DNA of 64,000 nucleotides, from the NCBI RefSeq assembly GCF_028368995.1, contig NZ_JAQNDL010000003.1, positions 2,752,001 to 2,816,000 of the forward strand. The letters are read 5' to 3'. The stretch comes from Nannocystis bainbridge. Lineage in GTDB: Bacteria; Myxococcota_A; Polyangia; Nannocystales; Nannocystaceae. Positions 30,521 through 40,821 of this stretch are shown here, piece after piece (within the stretch, counting starts at the first letter, position 1; each line of letters opens with the position of its first letter). The position numbers were made by a program, and so were the translations under genes. Under the pieces are notes generated by a model. That model was not told the origin of the DNA. It worked only from the letters and a program-made list of their open reading frames with translations, and searched no databases.

Positions 30521-32878
30521 GTGACCGAGCACGGCCGTCGCAGCGAGTCCGACGGGGTCGACGAACCCCCGGCCGGCGCGCGTCCGGGCGCAGCGGGCTC
30601 GGCCGCCACCGCACCTGTCTCTTCGGCCAGCCCCGTCCACGCCGGCACCGATCCTGTCCTTTCGGCCAGCTCCTCCGACATCACCGAACCTGTCCCGGCG
30701 GCCAGCTCGATCGACGCCACCGTCGGCACCATGCTCGAGCCGGAGCAGGACCCTGGCGGCGGCGAGCGCACGCGCGTGCGCCTCGTCAGCGGCCGCGTCG
30801 TGCCCGGCACTCGCTATCGCCTGGTCCGCTGGCTCGGCGAGGGCGGCATGGGCGTCGTCTACGAGGCCGAGCACGTCGACATCGAGCGCAAGGTGGCGCT
30901 CAAGGTCCTGCGCTACGACCTCAGCCGGCGCGCCGAGATGGCCGCCGTGTTCCGCGCCGAGGCCCGCGCCGCCAGCCGCACCGGCCACCCCAACATCGTC
31001 GAGATCTACGACTTCGGCGAGCTCCCCGACGGGCGGCTCTTCATCTGCATGGAGCTGCTCGACGGCAAGGACCTCGTGCCCGCCACCGAGTCCGAGGTGC
31101 GCCCGCCGGCCGAGGTCCTCGCCATCTTCCGTCAGCTCTGCAAGGCCCTGGGCGCCGCCCACAAGGCCGGCATCGTCCACCGCGACATCAAGCCCGAGAA
31201 CATCATCCTCGTGCGCAAGGCCGGGCGCGACGGCGTCGTCAAGGTCGTCGACTTCGGCATCAGCGCCGTGCTCGGTCAGGAGCGGCGCGGCAAGATCGCC
31301 GGCACCCCGCACTACATGGCACCCGAGCAGATCCGCGGCCTCGCGTTCGACGGTCGCCTCGACATGTACGCGGCCGGCTGCGTCGCCTTCGAGCTGCTCA
31401 CCGGCAGCCCGCCGTTCCCCAACGAGGCGCTCGAGGAGGTCCTGAACGCCCACGTGCACCAGCCGCCGCCCTCCTTCCGCCAGGCCCGGCCCGACCTCCA
31501 GCTGCCCGCCGCGCTCGAGCAGGTCGTCCTGCGCTGCCTGTCCAAACAGCCAGACGAGCGCTACGCCGACATGCACGAGCTCGAGGCCGCCCTGTGCGAG
31601 GCGCAGATCGCCTGCGGCATGCGGACCGCCTGGGACGACCTGCCGCTGCCCGAGTGCGCCCCCGAAAGGCTCGAGCGCCTGCGCGCCCGCATGCCGAGCC
31701 CGCAGGCCGTCCCGCGCCGGTGGCTGTGGCCCATCGTCGCGGGCGCCTCGCTCGTCGCCGCCGGCGTCGCCATCGCCGTCGCCCTGCGCACCCCCGACCC
31801 GCCCGCGGCCGAGCGCTCGCGCATCGACGCCCTCGCCGAGGAGGCCCTCGTCGCCGCCAGCCAGACCCTCTACGTCGCCCCGCCGCCGGACCAGCCCGAC
31901 GTCCCGACCGCCTACACCAAGGTCCTCGAGCTCGAGGCCATCGGCGGCCCCGCTGCCGGCCTCGCCGACGCTCGCGCCGGCGAGCTGCGCGGCCAGTTCG
32001 CCGCCGGCCTCGTCAACCTCGGCGACAAGTACTGGGAGGTCGCCGGCGCCCGCCCGTTCGCCGTCGAGTATTACATCTGGGCCCGCGCCTTCGACCCCGA
32101 TCATCGGCGGGCCATCGAGCGCAGCGGCATGACCCCCGGCGCCTTCACCCTGTTTCAGGAGAAGGCCCGCAGCGGCAGCTGGTCGCTCGGCGAATTGCAG
32201 GCCCTCGGACTCGTCAGCGCCCTCGCCGACGACGACGCCGAGCGCCGGCAGAAGCGCACCCTCGTCGCCCACCAGAGCGCCTCGCAGCTGTCGATCAGCC
32301 AGCACCTCGACCTCGACGCCGGCCTCCGCGGCGCCGGCATCGAGCTGCCGCAGAAGCCCGCCGCCAAGCGCTCCGAGCCCGAGCCGCCGCCCGTCGAGCC
32401 GCCGCCGCAGCCCGAGCCCGCACCTGTCCTCGAGGACAGCCCCGCCGAGATCGCCGACGCCCCACCCGTCGCCGACGTCGAGCGGCCGAAGAAGGCCACC
32501 CTCAAGTCGAACCGCGACCCAGCCAAGGCCAAGCGGCTGGCCGACGACGGGGTCATCGCCCTCAAGGCCGGCCGGCGCAACGACGCCGAGAGCCTGTTCC
32601 ACCAGGCCATCTTCTACGACAACCGCAACGCCCGCGCGCTGATGGGCCTGTCGGACATCTACTTCGACACCGGCGCCAAACAAAAGGCCGTGCAGTTCGC
32701 CGAGCTCGCCGTCGAGGCCGCGCCGCAGTCGAAGTCGTACCACCTCAAGCTCGGCGACGCCTACTTCGTCGTCCTGCGCTACCGCGACGCCCTGACCCAT
32801 TACGAAAAGGCGCGCGACCTCGGCGAGGACGGCGCTCAGGGCCGCATCGACAAGGTCAAGAAGCTGATCGCACCATGA
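30521..32878 (+). CDS. Membrane Ser/Thr protein kinase with C-terminal TPR
   Basis: LGEGGMGVVY, VALKVL, HRDIKPEN, DFG and GTPHYMAPE; TM segment WLWPIVAGASLVAAGVAIAVAL; C-terminal TPR. Start uncertain (GTG 30521 follows a TAGACT hexamer). Confidence 0.9.
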   Translation: MTEHGRRSESDGVDEPPAGARPGAAGSAATAPVSSASPVHAGTDPVLSASSSDITEPVPAASSIDATVGTMLEPEQDPGGGERTRVRLVSGRVVPGTRYRLVRWLGEGGMGVVYEAEHVDIERKVALKVLRYDLSRRAEMAAVFRAEARAASRTGHPNIVEIYDFGELPDGRLFICMELLDGKDLVPATESEVRPPAEVLAIFRQLCKALGAAHKAGIVHRDIKPENIILVRKAGRDGVVKVVDFGISAVLGQERRGKIAGTPHYMAPEQIRGLAFDGRLDMYAAGCVAFELLTGSPPFPNEALEEVLNAHVHQPPPSFRQARPDLQLPAALEQVVLRCLSKQPDERYADMHELEAALCEAQIACGMRTAWDDLPLPECAPERLERLRARMPSPQAVPRRWLWPIVAGASLVAAGVAIAVALRTPDPPAAERSRIDALAEEALVAASQTLYVAPPPDQPDVPTAYTKVLELEAIGGPAAGLADARAGELRGQFAAGLVNLGDKYWEVAGARPFAVEYYIWARAFDPDHRRAIERSGMTPGAFTLFQEKARSGSWSLGELQALGLVSALADDDAERRQKRTLVAHQSASQLSISQHLDLDAGLRGAGIELPQKPAAKRSEPEPPPVEPPPQPEPAPVLEDSPAEIADAPPVADVERPKKATLKSNRDPAKAKRLADDGVIALKAGRRNDAESLFHQAIFYDNRNARALMGLSDIYFDTGAKQKAVQFAELAVEAAPQSKSYHLKLGDAYFVVLRYRDALTHYEKARDLGEDGAQGRIDKVKKLIAP

Positions 32879-34704
32879 GCACCCCCGAGATCCTCGCCAC
32901 CCAGGTCGACCTCTTCGGCCTCATGACGGTGCTCGGCGAGCACCTCTATTCGACCCCTTTCGTCGCCCTGCGCGAGCTGGTCCAGAACGCCCACGACTCG
33001 TGCGTGCGCCGCCGCCTCGAGGACCCCGCGCCGTTCACCCCCGAGATCCGCGTCACCTGCGATCCGGCCGCCGGCACCCTCTCCGTCAGCGACACCGGGG
33101 CCGGCCTCACGCGCGACGAGATCGTCCGCTACCTCGCCACCATCGGCGCCGGCTACACCCGCAAGCTGCGCGAGCAGCACGGCAGCGACGACCTGATCGG
33201 CCTGTTCGGCCTCGGCTTCCTCTCGGCCTTCGTCATCGCCACCCGCGTCGCCGTCACCACCTCCTCCTATCAATCGCCGGACACCACCCTCCTCTATCAA
33301 TCGCGCAGCGGCGAGCGCTTCAGCATCGAGCAGGCCCCCGCGCGGCAGGTCGGCACCACCGTCACCCTGCACCTCAAGGACAACTTCCGCGAGCTCGGCG
33401 ACGAATCGGCCCTGCGCGCCCGCCTGCTGCACTACTGCGCCCTCCTGCCGCTGCCCGTCTTCGTCGGCGACGACGAAGTCGCCGTCAACGCCCAGCCCGC
33501 CCCGTGGCGCGCCGGCGATGCGCACCCGGCCCGCGCCCGCGCCCTCCGCCTCGAATTCGCCCGCCGCCTCGAGCGCCGCTTCGAGCCGCTGTGCACCCTC
33601 GACGTCGGCCCGCGCGAGGGCACCGACGTCCGCGGCCTGTTGTGGATCCACGACGCCGCCACCTACGGCACCTCCGACAACCGCAACCTCCACGTCTACG
33701 TCCGCGGCATGCTGCTCGACGACGACGCGCGCGAGCTGTTGCCCCCATGGGCCGGCTTCGTCAGCGGCGCGATCGAGTCGGCCAAGCTGACCCCGACCGC
33801 CTCGCGCGAGGACCTCCAGCGCGACCCCGCCTATCGGGCCGTCGCCGCCGCGATCGCCGAGGCCCTCGTCGACGGCCTCAAGCACATCGCCGAGCACGAG
33901 CCCGAGGCCTGGCGCCGCGTCCTCCTCCGCCACAACGAGGCCCTGCTCGGCGCCGCCCTGTGCGACGACCGCTTGTTCGAATTGCTCGCCGACGAGCTCA
34001 CCGTCCCCACCAGCGAGGGTGACCTGCCCGTCGCCCTCGTCCAGCGGCGCGGCCAGGGCAAGCTGTACGCCAGCCTCAGCCCGCGCGGCGGCTTCGAGGA
34101 GGTCCTGTTCCGTGCTCTCCGCGTCCCCGTCGTCGTCGGCACCCGCTACGGCGCCCTCCCGTTCGCGCGTCGCCACGCCGAGCGCCGCGGCGGCGCCGTC
34201 ATCGAGCTCGGCACCGCCGCCGGCAACCGCCGCGTGTTCCCCCCGGCCGACCTCTCCGCCGACCAGCAAGCTTTCCTTTCGAACATGCTCACAAGGCCAG
34301 GTCAACGCCTGATCGCCGCCCGCTTCGCCCCCGCCGAGCTCCCGCTCGTGCTCGTGCCCGACCGCGAAGCCGAGCTCAAGCGCCGCGTCGAGAGCGACGA
34401 GGCCGCCGGCCGGATCGCCAGCGGCGCGCTCGGCCTCATGCGCATGTTCACCGCCAAGATCGACGCCAGCGTCGACGCCGACCTCTACGTCAACCTCGAC
34501 AACCCCGCGATCGCTCGCCTGCTCGAGCAGCGCGCCGGCATCGACGCCGGTCACCCCGGCGTCAAGCTCCTGCGCGCCCTCGTCGCCTTCGTCGCCGGCG
34601 CCAGCGAAGCCGCCGCCAACGAGGCCGACGGCCTCCACACCGCCCTCGCCGAGTACGGCCGCGCCGTCTGCGAGCTCCTCGACACCCCCCGCCCCGCACG
34701 CTAA
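32875..34704 (+). CDS. HSP90/HtpG-like GHKL ATPase (non-canonical subfamily)
   Basis: HLYSTPFVALRELVQNAHDS, VSDTGAGL, IGLFGLGFLSAF, GTTVTL, LTPTASREDLQRD and YVNLDNP; ATGA overlap with the kinase. Confidence 0.92.
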   Translation: MSTPEILATQVDLFGLMTVLGEHLYSTPFVALRELVQNAHDSCVRRRLEDPAPFTPEIRVTCDPAAGTLSVSDTGAGLTRDEIVRYLATIGAGYTRKLREQHGSDDLIGLFGLGFLSAFVIATRVAVTTSSYQSPDTTLLYQSRSGERFSIEQAPARQVGTTVTLHLKDNFRELGDESALRARLLHYCALLPLPVFVGDDEVAVNAQPAPWRAGDAHPARARALRLEFARRLERRFEPLCTLDVGPREGTDVRGLLWIHDAATYGTSDNRNLHVYVRGMLLDDDARELLPPWAGFVSGAIESAKLTPTASREDLQRDPAYRAVAAAIAEALVDGLKHIAEHEPEAWRRVLLRHNEALLGAALCDDRLFELLADELTVPTSEGDLPVALVQRRGQGKLYASLSPRGGFEEVLFRALRVPVVVGTRYGALPFARRHAERRGGAVIELGTAAGNRRVFPPADLSADQQAFLSNMLTRPGQRLIAARFAPAELPLVLVPDREAELKRRVESDEAAGRIASGALGLMRMFTAKIDASVDADLYVNLDNPAIARLLEQRAGIDAGHPGVKLLRALVAFVAGASEAAANEADGLHTALAEYGRAVCELLDTPRPAR

Positions 34705-34719
34705 CCTGCGCAGCGGACG

Positions 34720-35394
34720 ATGCAGCCGCATCCGCAACAATCGCCGCGCAGCAGCGACGCCTGGACCGCGGACGACGCCAAGCCGAAGCGGCAGCCCAAG
34801 CCGGCGCCCACCAAGAAAAAGTCGTCCGCCAAGCAGACCGCCGCGAAGAAGACGACCCGCGGCAAGAAGCCGGCCTCGAGCAAGAAGAAGAAGTCGGCCG
34901 CCAAGCGATCGAGCAAGCCGACCGCGACCCAATCCCGCGGCGCCAAACAGCCCCAGGCGCCCCTCCCCGGGCAACTCTCGAGCAAGCCGGCCACCGAGCC
35001 CCGTCGCCCCCGCGAGGCGACCCAAGTCGCCGCTCTCGAGCACAAGCTCGGCGAGCTCGAACGCCAACTCGCCGAGCTCGAGCCGCTGCGTCGGCACCTG
35101 GAGAACCTCGAGCACCAGCTCGCCGAGCTCTCGACCCGCGTCGCCGAAATGTCCGCGGCTCGTGCCGAGCCGTCGCTCGGCGGTGGCGAAGAGATCCAAG
35201 AAGAAGACCCGTATCTCCGCTGGCTGGGGCATCCCTCCATCGAGCAGTACATCGGCCAGCACGTCGCGCTCCACGCCACGCGCGGCGTCGTCGCTCATGC
35301 CGACTCGGTCGCCGCCGTCGTCGAGTCGGTGCGCGCCCAGGGCATCCCTCTCGACGACGTGTGCCTTGCGACCGTCCCGGCGCTACCTTTTTAG
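34720..35394 (+). CDS. Hypothetical protein: Lys-rich N-terminus, coiled coil, DUF5678-like C-terminal domain
   Basis: KKKSSAKQTAAKK tract; heptads LEHKLGELERQLAEL; EQYIGQHVALHATRGVVAHADSVAAVVESVRAQG resembles DUF5678. Confidence 0.7.
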   Translation: MQPHPQQSPRSSDAWTADDAKPKRQPKPAPTKKKSSAKQTAAKKTTRGKKPASSKKKKSAAKRSSKPTATQSRGAKQPQAPLPGQLSSKPATEPRRPREATQVAALEHKLGELERQLAELEPLRRHLENLEHQLAELSTRVAEMSAARAEPSLGGGEEIQEEDPYLRWLGHPSIEQYIGQHVALHATRGVVAHADSVAAVVESVRAQGIPLDDVCLATVPALPF

Positions 35395-35404
35395 TTCTGC
35401 GCTC

Positions 35405-37993
35405 ATGGATCCCCGCCACGGTACCGCCCACCGGTTCACGACCCGTTCCTACGGCGGCTTCGGCCGCATCGCGCAGCCGCTGATCCGGGTCCGCTTGCGC
35501 CGGGACGCCTCTCGCGGCTGGTCCAGCGCCATCGAGGCGCTCGTCGATACTGGCGCCACCATCACGCTCGTGAGCAGCGACTTCCTCGCTGCCGTCCCCG
35601 ATCTCGGGCCGGCCATTTTCGGCCCCGAGTTGGCGTGGCAGACCGCCGTTCACGAGCGCGAGAGCTGCCGCGCCATCTCACTCGACCTGCAGCTCGGCCA
35701 CGAGCGCGACCACCCGTCGCTCGTGCTCGAGCGGGCTCACGTGTACGTCACCTCGAGCCGGCTCGTCGCCCCGATCCTGCTCGGCCAGCGCGGTGTGCTC
35801 GAGCGGGTCGGTCTCGTCCGGCGGATCCCCTCCGCCACTGTCGACGACCATCACGACCGCGTCGACGCCCTCGCTCCCGAGGCGCTCGCCCTCGCCAAGG
35901 CCGCGGGTCTCCCGTGGGTCGAGGTCTTCGTGCGTCACTGGCACCTGCAGAGCCGCGTCCTGCACCGCTGCCAGGGCGACATGGCCCTCCGCGAGGCTGT
36001 CGCCCTCGTCGACTACGCCCACGGCGAGGCTGCCCGCGGCTGTCCTCAGGCCGTGTGCACCGTGCAGGACCTCGCCGCCTGTTACTCCCAGGTCGACGGC
36101 CCCGGGTGGGCACGCGAGCGGGCCGACGTCTCGCGCGAGACCCTCGGTCGCATCGACCCCACCTGGCCCTGCTTCACCTGCATCAGCTGTGAGCACGCTG
36201 CCGCCTTGCGCGAGCAGGGCGACCCCCAAGCCGCCCTCGATTTCCTCGAAGCCCAGCAGAAGCAGCTCGTCGCTGTCGGCCAGGGGCGCGAGCGGACCTC
36301 GCTCCTGCCCGAGCGGATCTCCGACCTCATCTTGCTCGGCCGCATCGAAGAAGCCCTCGCCGTCTGCCAGGACGCCATCGCCAACGGTCGGCGCGACGAG
36401 GGACAGCGGCGGGCCCGGCAGATCGACCTCACGCGGATCTACGCCCGCCTCGGCCGCCGCGACGACGCCATCCGCCACCTGCCTGCCCTCGAGGACATCC
36501 TCCCCACCCCCAGCCATTACGAGCCCTACACCGACGCCCTCGTGCACCTGGTGAAGCTCGACGCCTGGCCCAACGACCTCGCCCTCGGTCGGCTGCTCCA
36601 GCGGTTTGTCGCCCGTCTCCGGCTCAACGGCTCCAACCGCCTCCCGTTCGACATCGCCGCCGCCGCCGCCCTCCTCGCCATCGAGCGCGGCAGTCCGGCC
36701 GTCGCCGCCCTCCACCTCGCCGCCATGGAGCGGTTCGCCGCTCGCCTCAACCGCCCTGCCGGCGCCCCCGAGCGCGTCGCCGCCCTTCGCCTGTCTCTCG
36801 AGACAGCCCTCGCCCAGCCGCGCCCTGACGGCTCCGGCGACACCGACGACCCCGAGCAGCTCCTGCGCCGCTGCCTCGACGCCGGCCCCGCGCCTGACCT
36901 CGAGCGAGCCCGGCATCACGCCCTGCTCTTGCTCGACCTCGGCTTCGCGCTCGAGGCCGCCGACCTGCTCGAGCGCCACGTCGACGCTCACCCTGACGAC
37001 GACGACGCCGTCGACCTCCTCGAGGCCGCCTATCGCCACGCCGAGGACGACGACCGTCACCGCGCCCTCGGCGAGCGCCTGCTCGCCAGCGACGACCCTG
37101 CCAGGCAGCGCCGCGGCCGGTGGGTCGCCGCGCGCCGGCACACCCGCGCGCGCGACTGGGACGCCGCCAATCGCCTGCTCGAGCGCCTCGCCGCCGACCC
37201 GGCCGACGCCCTCGCCGCTCGCCTCGCCCACGCCCGCAACGCCTACCAGCAGCGCGACTGGCCCACCCTCTTGCGGCTCCTCGACGAGGCCCTGCAGCTC
37301 CAGCCCGACCTCTCGCCCGGCGCCCACGACTGGGACCGCATGGTCGCCGCCACCCTGCTCGGCGCCTGGGATCGCGTGCGTCACAGCGCTGCTCGCCTCG
37401 ACATGCCGATCGACGGCGAGGGTCCCATCGACCAGCGCTGGGAGCTGTGCCGGATCCGCGTCGAACACCCCAGCGGCAAGCGGCAGGACCTTTTCGCCGC
37501 CCGCACCGGCCCCGTGACCGCGCGGATCCTCCAGGTCTCCCGCATCGACCAGCCGCAGCGCCTCTACGACCGCATCGTCTTCGACGCCGCCCCGGTCGGC
37601 GAGCAGGAGGGCGACGACCGCCCCGTCTACGTCTACGCCGAGGTCGAACCGCTGCAGCGCGCCGACTACCGCGCCTTCGCCATCGACGGCGCTCACCCTG
37701 GCGAGCCCGTGCTCACCGAGCTGCGGCAGGTCGTACAGGCCCACCGCGGCAGCTTGCAGGTCCAGAGCGGCGACGCTTACCGCCTCACCTCGCCCGCTGG
37801 CGACGAGCGGCCCGGCCTCTACGCCTTCACCGCCTTTGGCCCCGACACCGACCTCCGGATCGTCTCCGACGAGCTCGCCGCGGTCGTCGGTGCCCTCGAC
37901 GACCCGCTCGTATGGCCCGAGCTCGCCGCCGCTGCCGGGGACGAGACCCGCGCCGGACAGCACCGCGAGCTCGCCCGCGCCTGGGCGCTCTGA
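35405..37993 (+). CDS. Retropepsin-like aspartic protease domain fused to a TPR-like helical protein
   Basis: N-terminal PLIRVRL...EALVDTGATIT...PILLGQRG (clan AA signature); continues in frame into helical repeats (PWVEVFVRHWHLQSR, WPCFTCISCE, RTGPVTARI). Confidence 0.8.
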   Translation: MDPRHGTAHRFTTRSYGGFGRIAQPLIRVRLRRDASRGWSSAIEALVDTGATITLVSSDFLAAVPDLGPAIFGPELAWQTAVHERESCRAISLDLQLGHERDHPSLVLERAHVYVTSSRLVAPILLGQRGVLERVGLVRRIPSATVDDHHDRVDALAPEALALAKAAGLPWVEVFVRHWHLQSRVLHRCQGDMALREAVALVDYAHGEAARGCPQAVCTVQDLAACYSQVDGPGWARERADVSRETLGRIDPTWPCFTCISCEHAAALREQGDPQAALDFLEAQQKQLVAVGQGRERTSLLPERISDLILLGRIEEALAVCQDAIANGRRDEGQRRARQIDLTRIYARLGRRDDAIRHLPALEDILPTPSHYEPYTDALVHLVKLDAWPNDLALGRLLQRFVARLRLNGSNRLPFDIAAAAALLAIERGSPAVAALHLAAMERFAARLNRPAGAPERVAALRLSLETALAQPRPDGSGDTDDPEQLLRRCLDAGPAPDLERARHHALLLLDLGFALEAADLLERHVDAHPDDDDAVDLLEAAYRHAEDDDRHRALGERLLASDDPARQRRGRWVAARRHTRARDWDAANRLLERLAADPADALAARLAHARNAYQQRDWPTLLRLLDEALQLQPDLSPGAHDWDRMVAATLLGAWDRVRHSAARLDMPIDGEGPIDQRWELCRIRVEHPSGKRQDLFAARTGPVTARILQVSRIDQPQRLYDRIVFDAAPVGEQEGDDRPVYVYAEVEPLQRADYRAFAIDGAHPGEPVLTELRQVVQAHRGSLQVQSGDAYRLTSPAGDERPGLYAFTAFGPDTDLRIVSDELAAVVGALDDPLVWPELAAAAGDETRAGQHRELARAWAL

Positions 37994-38288
37994 GCCGCGC
38001 CCTCGCGCGATCCTCTCGCGCGCTTCGCCCCGACACGCCACTTCTCGGCGCGAGCGTGCACACCGGCCAATGCTGCGACTCGTCGCGCGATCTCGCCGCG
38101 CGCGGATACGAGTCCTCATGCCATCGCCGTCGCCGTCCTGCGACGCCGATATGACGAATCTGCGGCCGCTGCCCGCTCGTCCCGCGCGAACCGTTGCGCG
38201 TCACCGCGAGCAGACCTCGGAGGATCTCGCCGGCGCCCGCGGGCCCTGGGCTATCATCCCTCCCTTCTCTCGCTCGATCGGTAGACTC

Positions 38289-40742
38289 ATGGCCCGCGCC
38301 TCACGAACTCGCCTCTCGCTCCTCTCCTCGTCCGTCCTGCTCGCGGCTGCCTGCGGCGACGATTCGCGCCTCGACACCGAGGGCGGCGCCGCCGGCACCC
38401 AGGGCACCCTGCCCATCACCATCGGTCCCACCGAGGCCACGGCGGGCAGCGACGGCACCGTCACCGGCGGCCCCACCGAGGGCGGCACTGGCACCGCCTC
38501 TGCCACCGCCACCGGCACCGACACGAGCGTGCCGACCAGCGGCACCGACAGCACTGCCAGCGACACCGGCAACACGACCTCCGGGACATGTTCCGAAGAC
38601 CAGCTGTGCAGCGGCGTCTGCTGCGGCGACGGCCAGCTGTGCGACAACGGCCAGTGCGTCGCCGACTGCGGCGGCCCGCCCCCTTGCGGCCAGGCCAAGG
38701 AGTGCTGCGGCGACGGCCAGCTGTGTTACCTCGGCGCCTGCGTCACCCCAGGGTCCGCCTGCAGCGACCAGGCCTGCGTCACCAAGCCGACCCAGGACAC
38801 CTGCGACGACGGCTTCATCTGCGACCCCAACCTCGGCCTTTGTCTGCCCAGCCAGGCCGACCCGACCTGCCAGTACATCCCGCCGGCCAACGTCTTCAAG
38901 CCGACCCCGCTGTTCACCTGGGGTCGTCGCAAGGTCATCGCGTGCAACGCCGACGTCGACTGTCAGGTCGCCGAGGTCTGCACCGACAAGGTGTGCACGC
39001 CGACCTGGAATCACCTGATCCCCCAGGACGACGACATGCCCAATCACTACCAGAGCTCGTCGATCCCGATCGTCGTCGACCTCAACGACGATTGCGTGCC
39101 CGAGGTCATCTTCAACACGTACACCGGCACCAATATCACCGCCGACGGCGTCCTGCGGGCCATCCGCGGCGACACCGGCGCCAAGCTGTGGACGGTCACC
39201 GACCCGATGTACCGCACCAACAGCACCTCCAACATCGCCGCCGGCGACATCGACATGGACGGCCGGGCCGAGATCGTCGCCAGCGGCGCCGGCAAGTACC
39301 TGGTCGCCATCGACAGCGACGGCACCCCGCTGTGGCGCTCCGAAAATTTCGCCGGCACCAACTCGAGCGGCTCGGTGGCGATCGCCAACATGGACAACGA
39401 CGGCCCGCCCGAGATCCTGTTCGGCCGCGCGATCTTCAGCAACACCGGCAAGCTGCTCTACGAGGGCCCCGGCAACCAGGGCCAGGGTATGAACGGCCAG
39501 GGCCCGATCTCCTGCGTCGCCGACCTCGACGGCGACAGCCGGCCCGAGCTCATCGGCGGGCGCACCGCCTACAAGACCACCGGCACCGTCGCCGGCGACG
39601 ACTTCGCCGGCAGCGTGCTGTGGACCTCCAACGTCGCCACCGACGGCTTCTGCGGCGTCGCCGACTTCGACGCCGACGGCAAGCCCGAGGTCGTGCTCGT
39701 CACCATGGGCACCCTCCGCGTCCTCAACGGCCAGACCGGCGTGCAGATCGCCACTGCCAACATTCCCCAGCAGGGCACCGGCGGCCCGCCCAACATCGCC
39801 GACTTCGACGGCGACGGCGTGCGCGACATCGGCGTCGCCGGGTCCGCGCGTTACACCGTGTTCCAGTTCAACGGCATGGCCCTCAGCCAGCTGTGGACCG
39901 CCGCCACCGAGGACGACAGCTCGCAGGTCACGGGCTCCTCCGTGTTCGACTTCGACGGCGACGGCCGGGCCGAGGTCGTCTACAACGACGAGGCTTACAT
40001 CCGCATCTACCCCGGCGTCGAGCCCGACTGCGCCATGAACCCGCCCGGCCCCGGCTGCAACAAGAACATGACCGACGCCGAGGTCCTGTTCCGCGACCGC
40101 AACTCCTCGCGCACGCGCACCGAGTACCCCGTGATCGCCGACGTCAACGGCGACTTCAAGGCCGACATCGTGTTCGCCACCAACAACGACAGCCAGGCCT
40201 CGATCGTCACCGACGCCGGCATCGAGGTCTTCAAGGATTCGCTCGACAACTGGGTCTCCACTCGCCCGGTGTGGAACCAGCACTCCTATCATATCACCAA
40301 TGTCGGCCTCGTCGGCGAGATCCCCACCGTCGAGGACAACAACTGGAGCTCCTTCAACAGCTACCGCAACAACGTCCAGGGCGCCGCCGACTTCTGCGCC
40401 CCCGACCTCGTCCCTTACGACCTGACCTTCGACGCCCAGGTCTGCGCCACCGGCCTCAAGCTCTCGGTGTGGGTCGCCAACCAGGGCTGCCTCGGCGTCG
40501 GTCCCGGCGTCAACGTCGCCTTCTACGAGGAGACCCTCGGCCTGCTCGGCGTCGTCAAGACCCAGGGCCCGCTGGTCGCCGGCGCCGCCGAGCAGGTCAC
40601 GATCGAGTACCCCGGCATCTTCGACTCCGTCAGCGTGTGGGCCGCCGCCGACGACGACGGCATGGGCAACGGCGTCCTCAACGAATGCGTCGAGGACAAC
40701 AACAGCTCGCCCATGGACAAGGTCTGCATCCCGCCGGGCTGA
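38289..40742 (+). CDS. FG-GAP/VCBS-repeat lipoprotein with Cys-rich region and CARDB-like C-terminus
   Basis: LAAAC lipobox; repeated (A/G)D(F/L)DGDG.PE motifs; APDLV...VANQG...ECVEDNN. Confidence 0.9.
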   Translation: MARASRTRLSLLSSSVLLAAACGDDSRLDTEGGAAGTQGTLPITIGPTEATAGSDGTVTGGPTEGGTGTASATATGTDTSVPTSGTDSTASDTGNTTSGTCSEDQLCSGVCCGDGQLCDNGQCVADCGGPPPCGQAKECCGDGQLCYLGACVTPGSACSDQACVTKPTQDTCDDGFICDPNLGLCLPSQADPTCQYIPPANVFKPTPLFTWGRRKVIACNADVDCQVAEVCTDKVCTPTWNHLIPQDDDMPNHYQSSSIPIVVDLNDDCVPEVIFNTYTGTNITADGVLRAIRGDTGAKLWTVTDPMYRTNSTSNIAAGDIDMDGRAEIVASGAGKYLVAIDSDGTPLWRSENFAGTNSSGSVAIANMDNDGPPEILFGRAIFSNTGKLLYEGPGNQGQGMNGQGPISCVADLDGDSRPELIGGRTAYKTTGTVAGDDFAGSVLWTSNVATDGFCGVADFDADGKPEVVLVTMGTLRVLNGQTGVQIATANIPQQGTGGPPNIADFDGDGVRDIGVAGSARYTVFQFNGMALSQLWTAATEDDSSQVTGSSVFDFDGDGRAEVVYNDEAYIRIYPGVEPDCAMNPPGPGCNKNMTDAEVLFRDRNSSRTRTEYPVIADVNGDFKADIVFATNNDSQASIVTDAGIEVFKDSLDNWVSTRPVWNQHSYHITNVGLVGEIPTVEDNNWSSFNSYRNNVQGAADFCAPDLVPYDLTFDAQVCATGLKLSVWVANQGCLGVGPGVNVAFYEETLGLLGVVKTQGPLVAGAAEQVTIEYPGIFDSVSVWAAADDDGMGNGVLNECVEDNNSSPMDKVCIPPG

Positions 40743-40821
40743 CCGATCCGCGCAAGTAGCCTCGGCGCCGACAGCGGCGCGATGCTGGCGACCCTCGACA
40801 CGACCACGGAGGCGACGCCGA

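Noticed and set aside
28048-34704. 2218-aa ORF in the six-frame track
   Set aside because: Only the part from ATG 32875 is the HSP90-like gene; the upstream portion is a stop-free shadow frame over the methyltransferase, apbE and kinase genes, typical of high-GC DNA.
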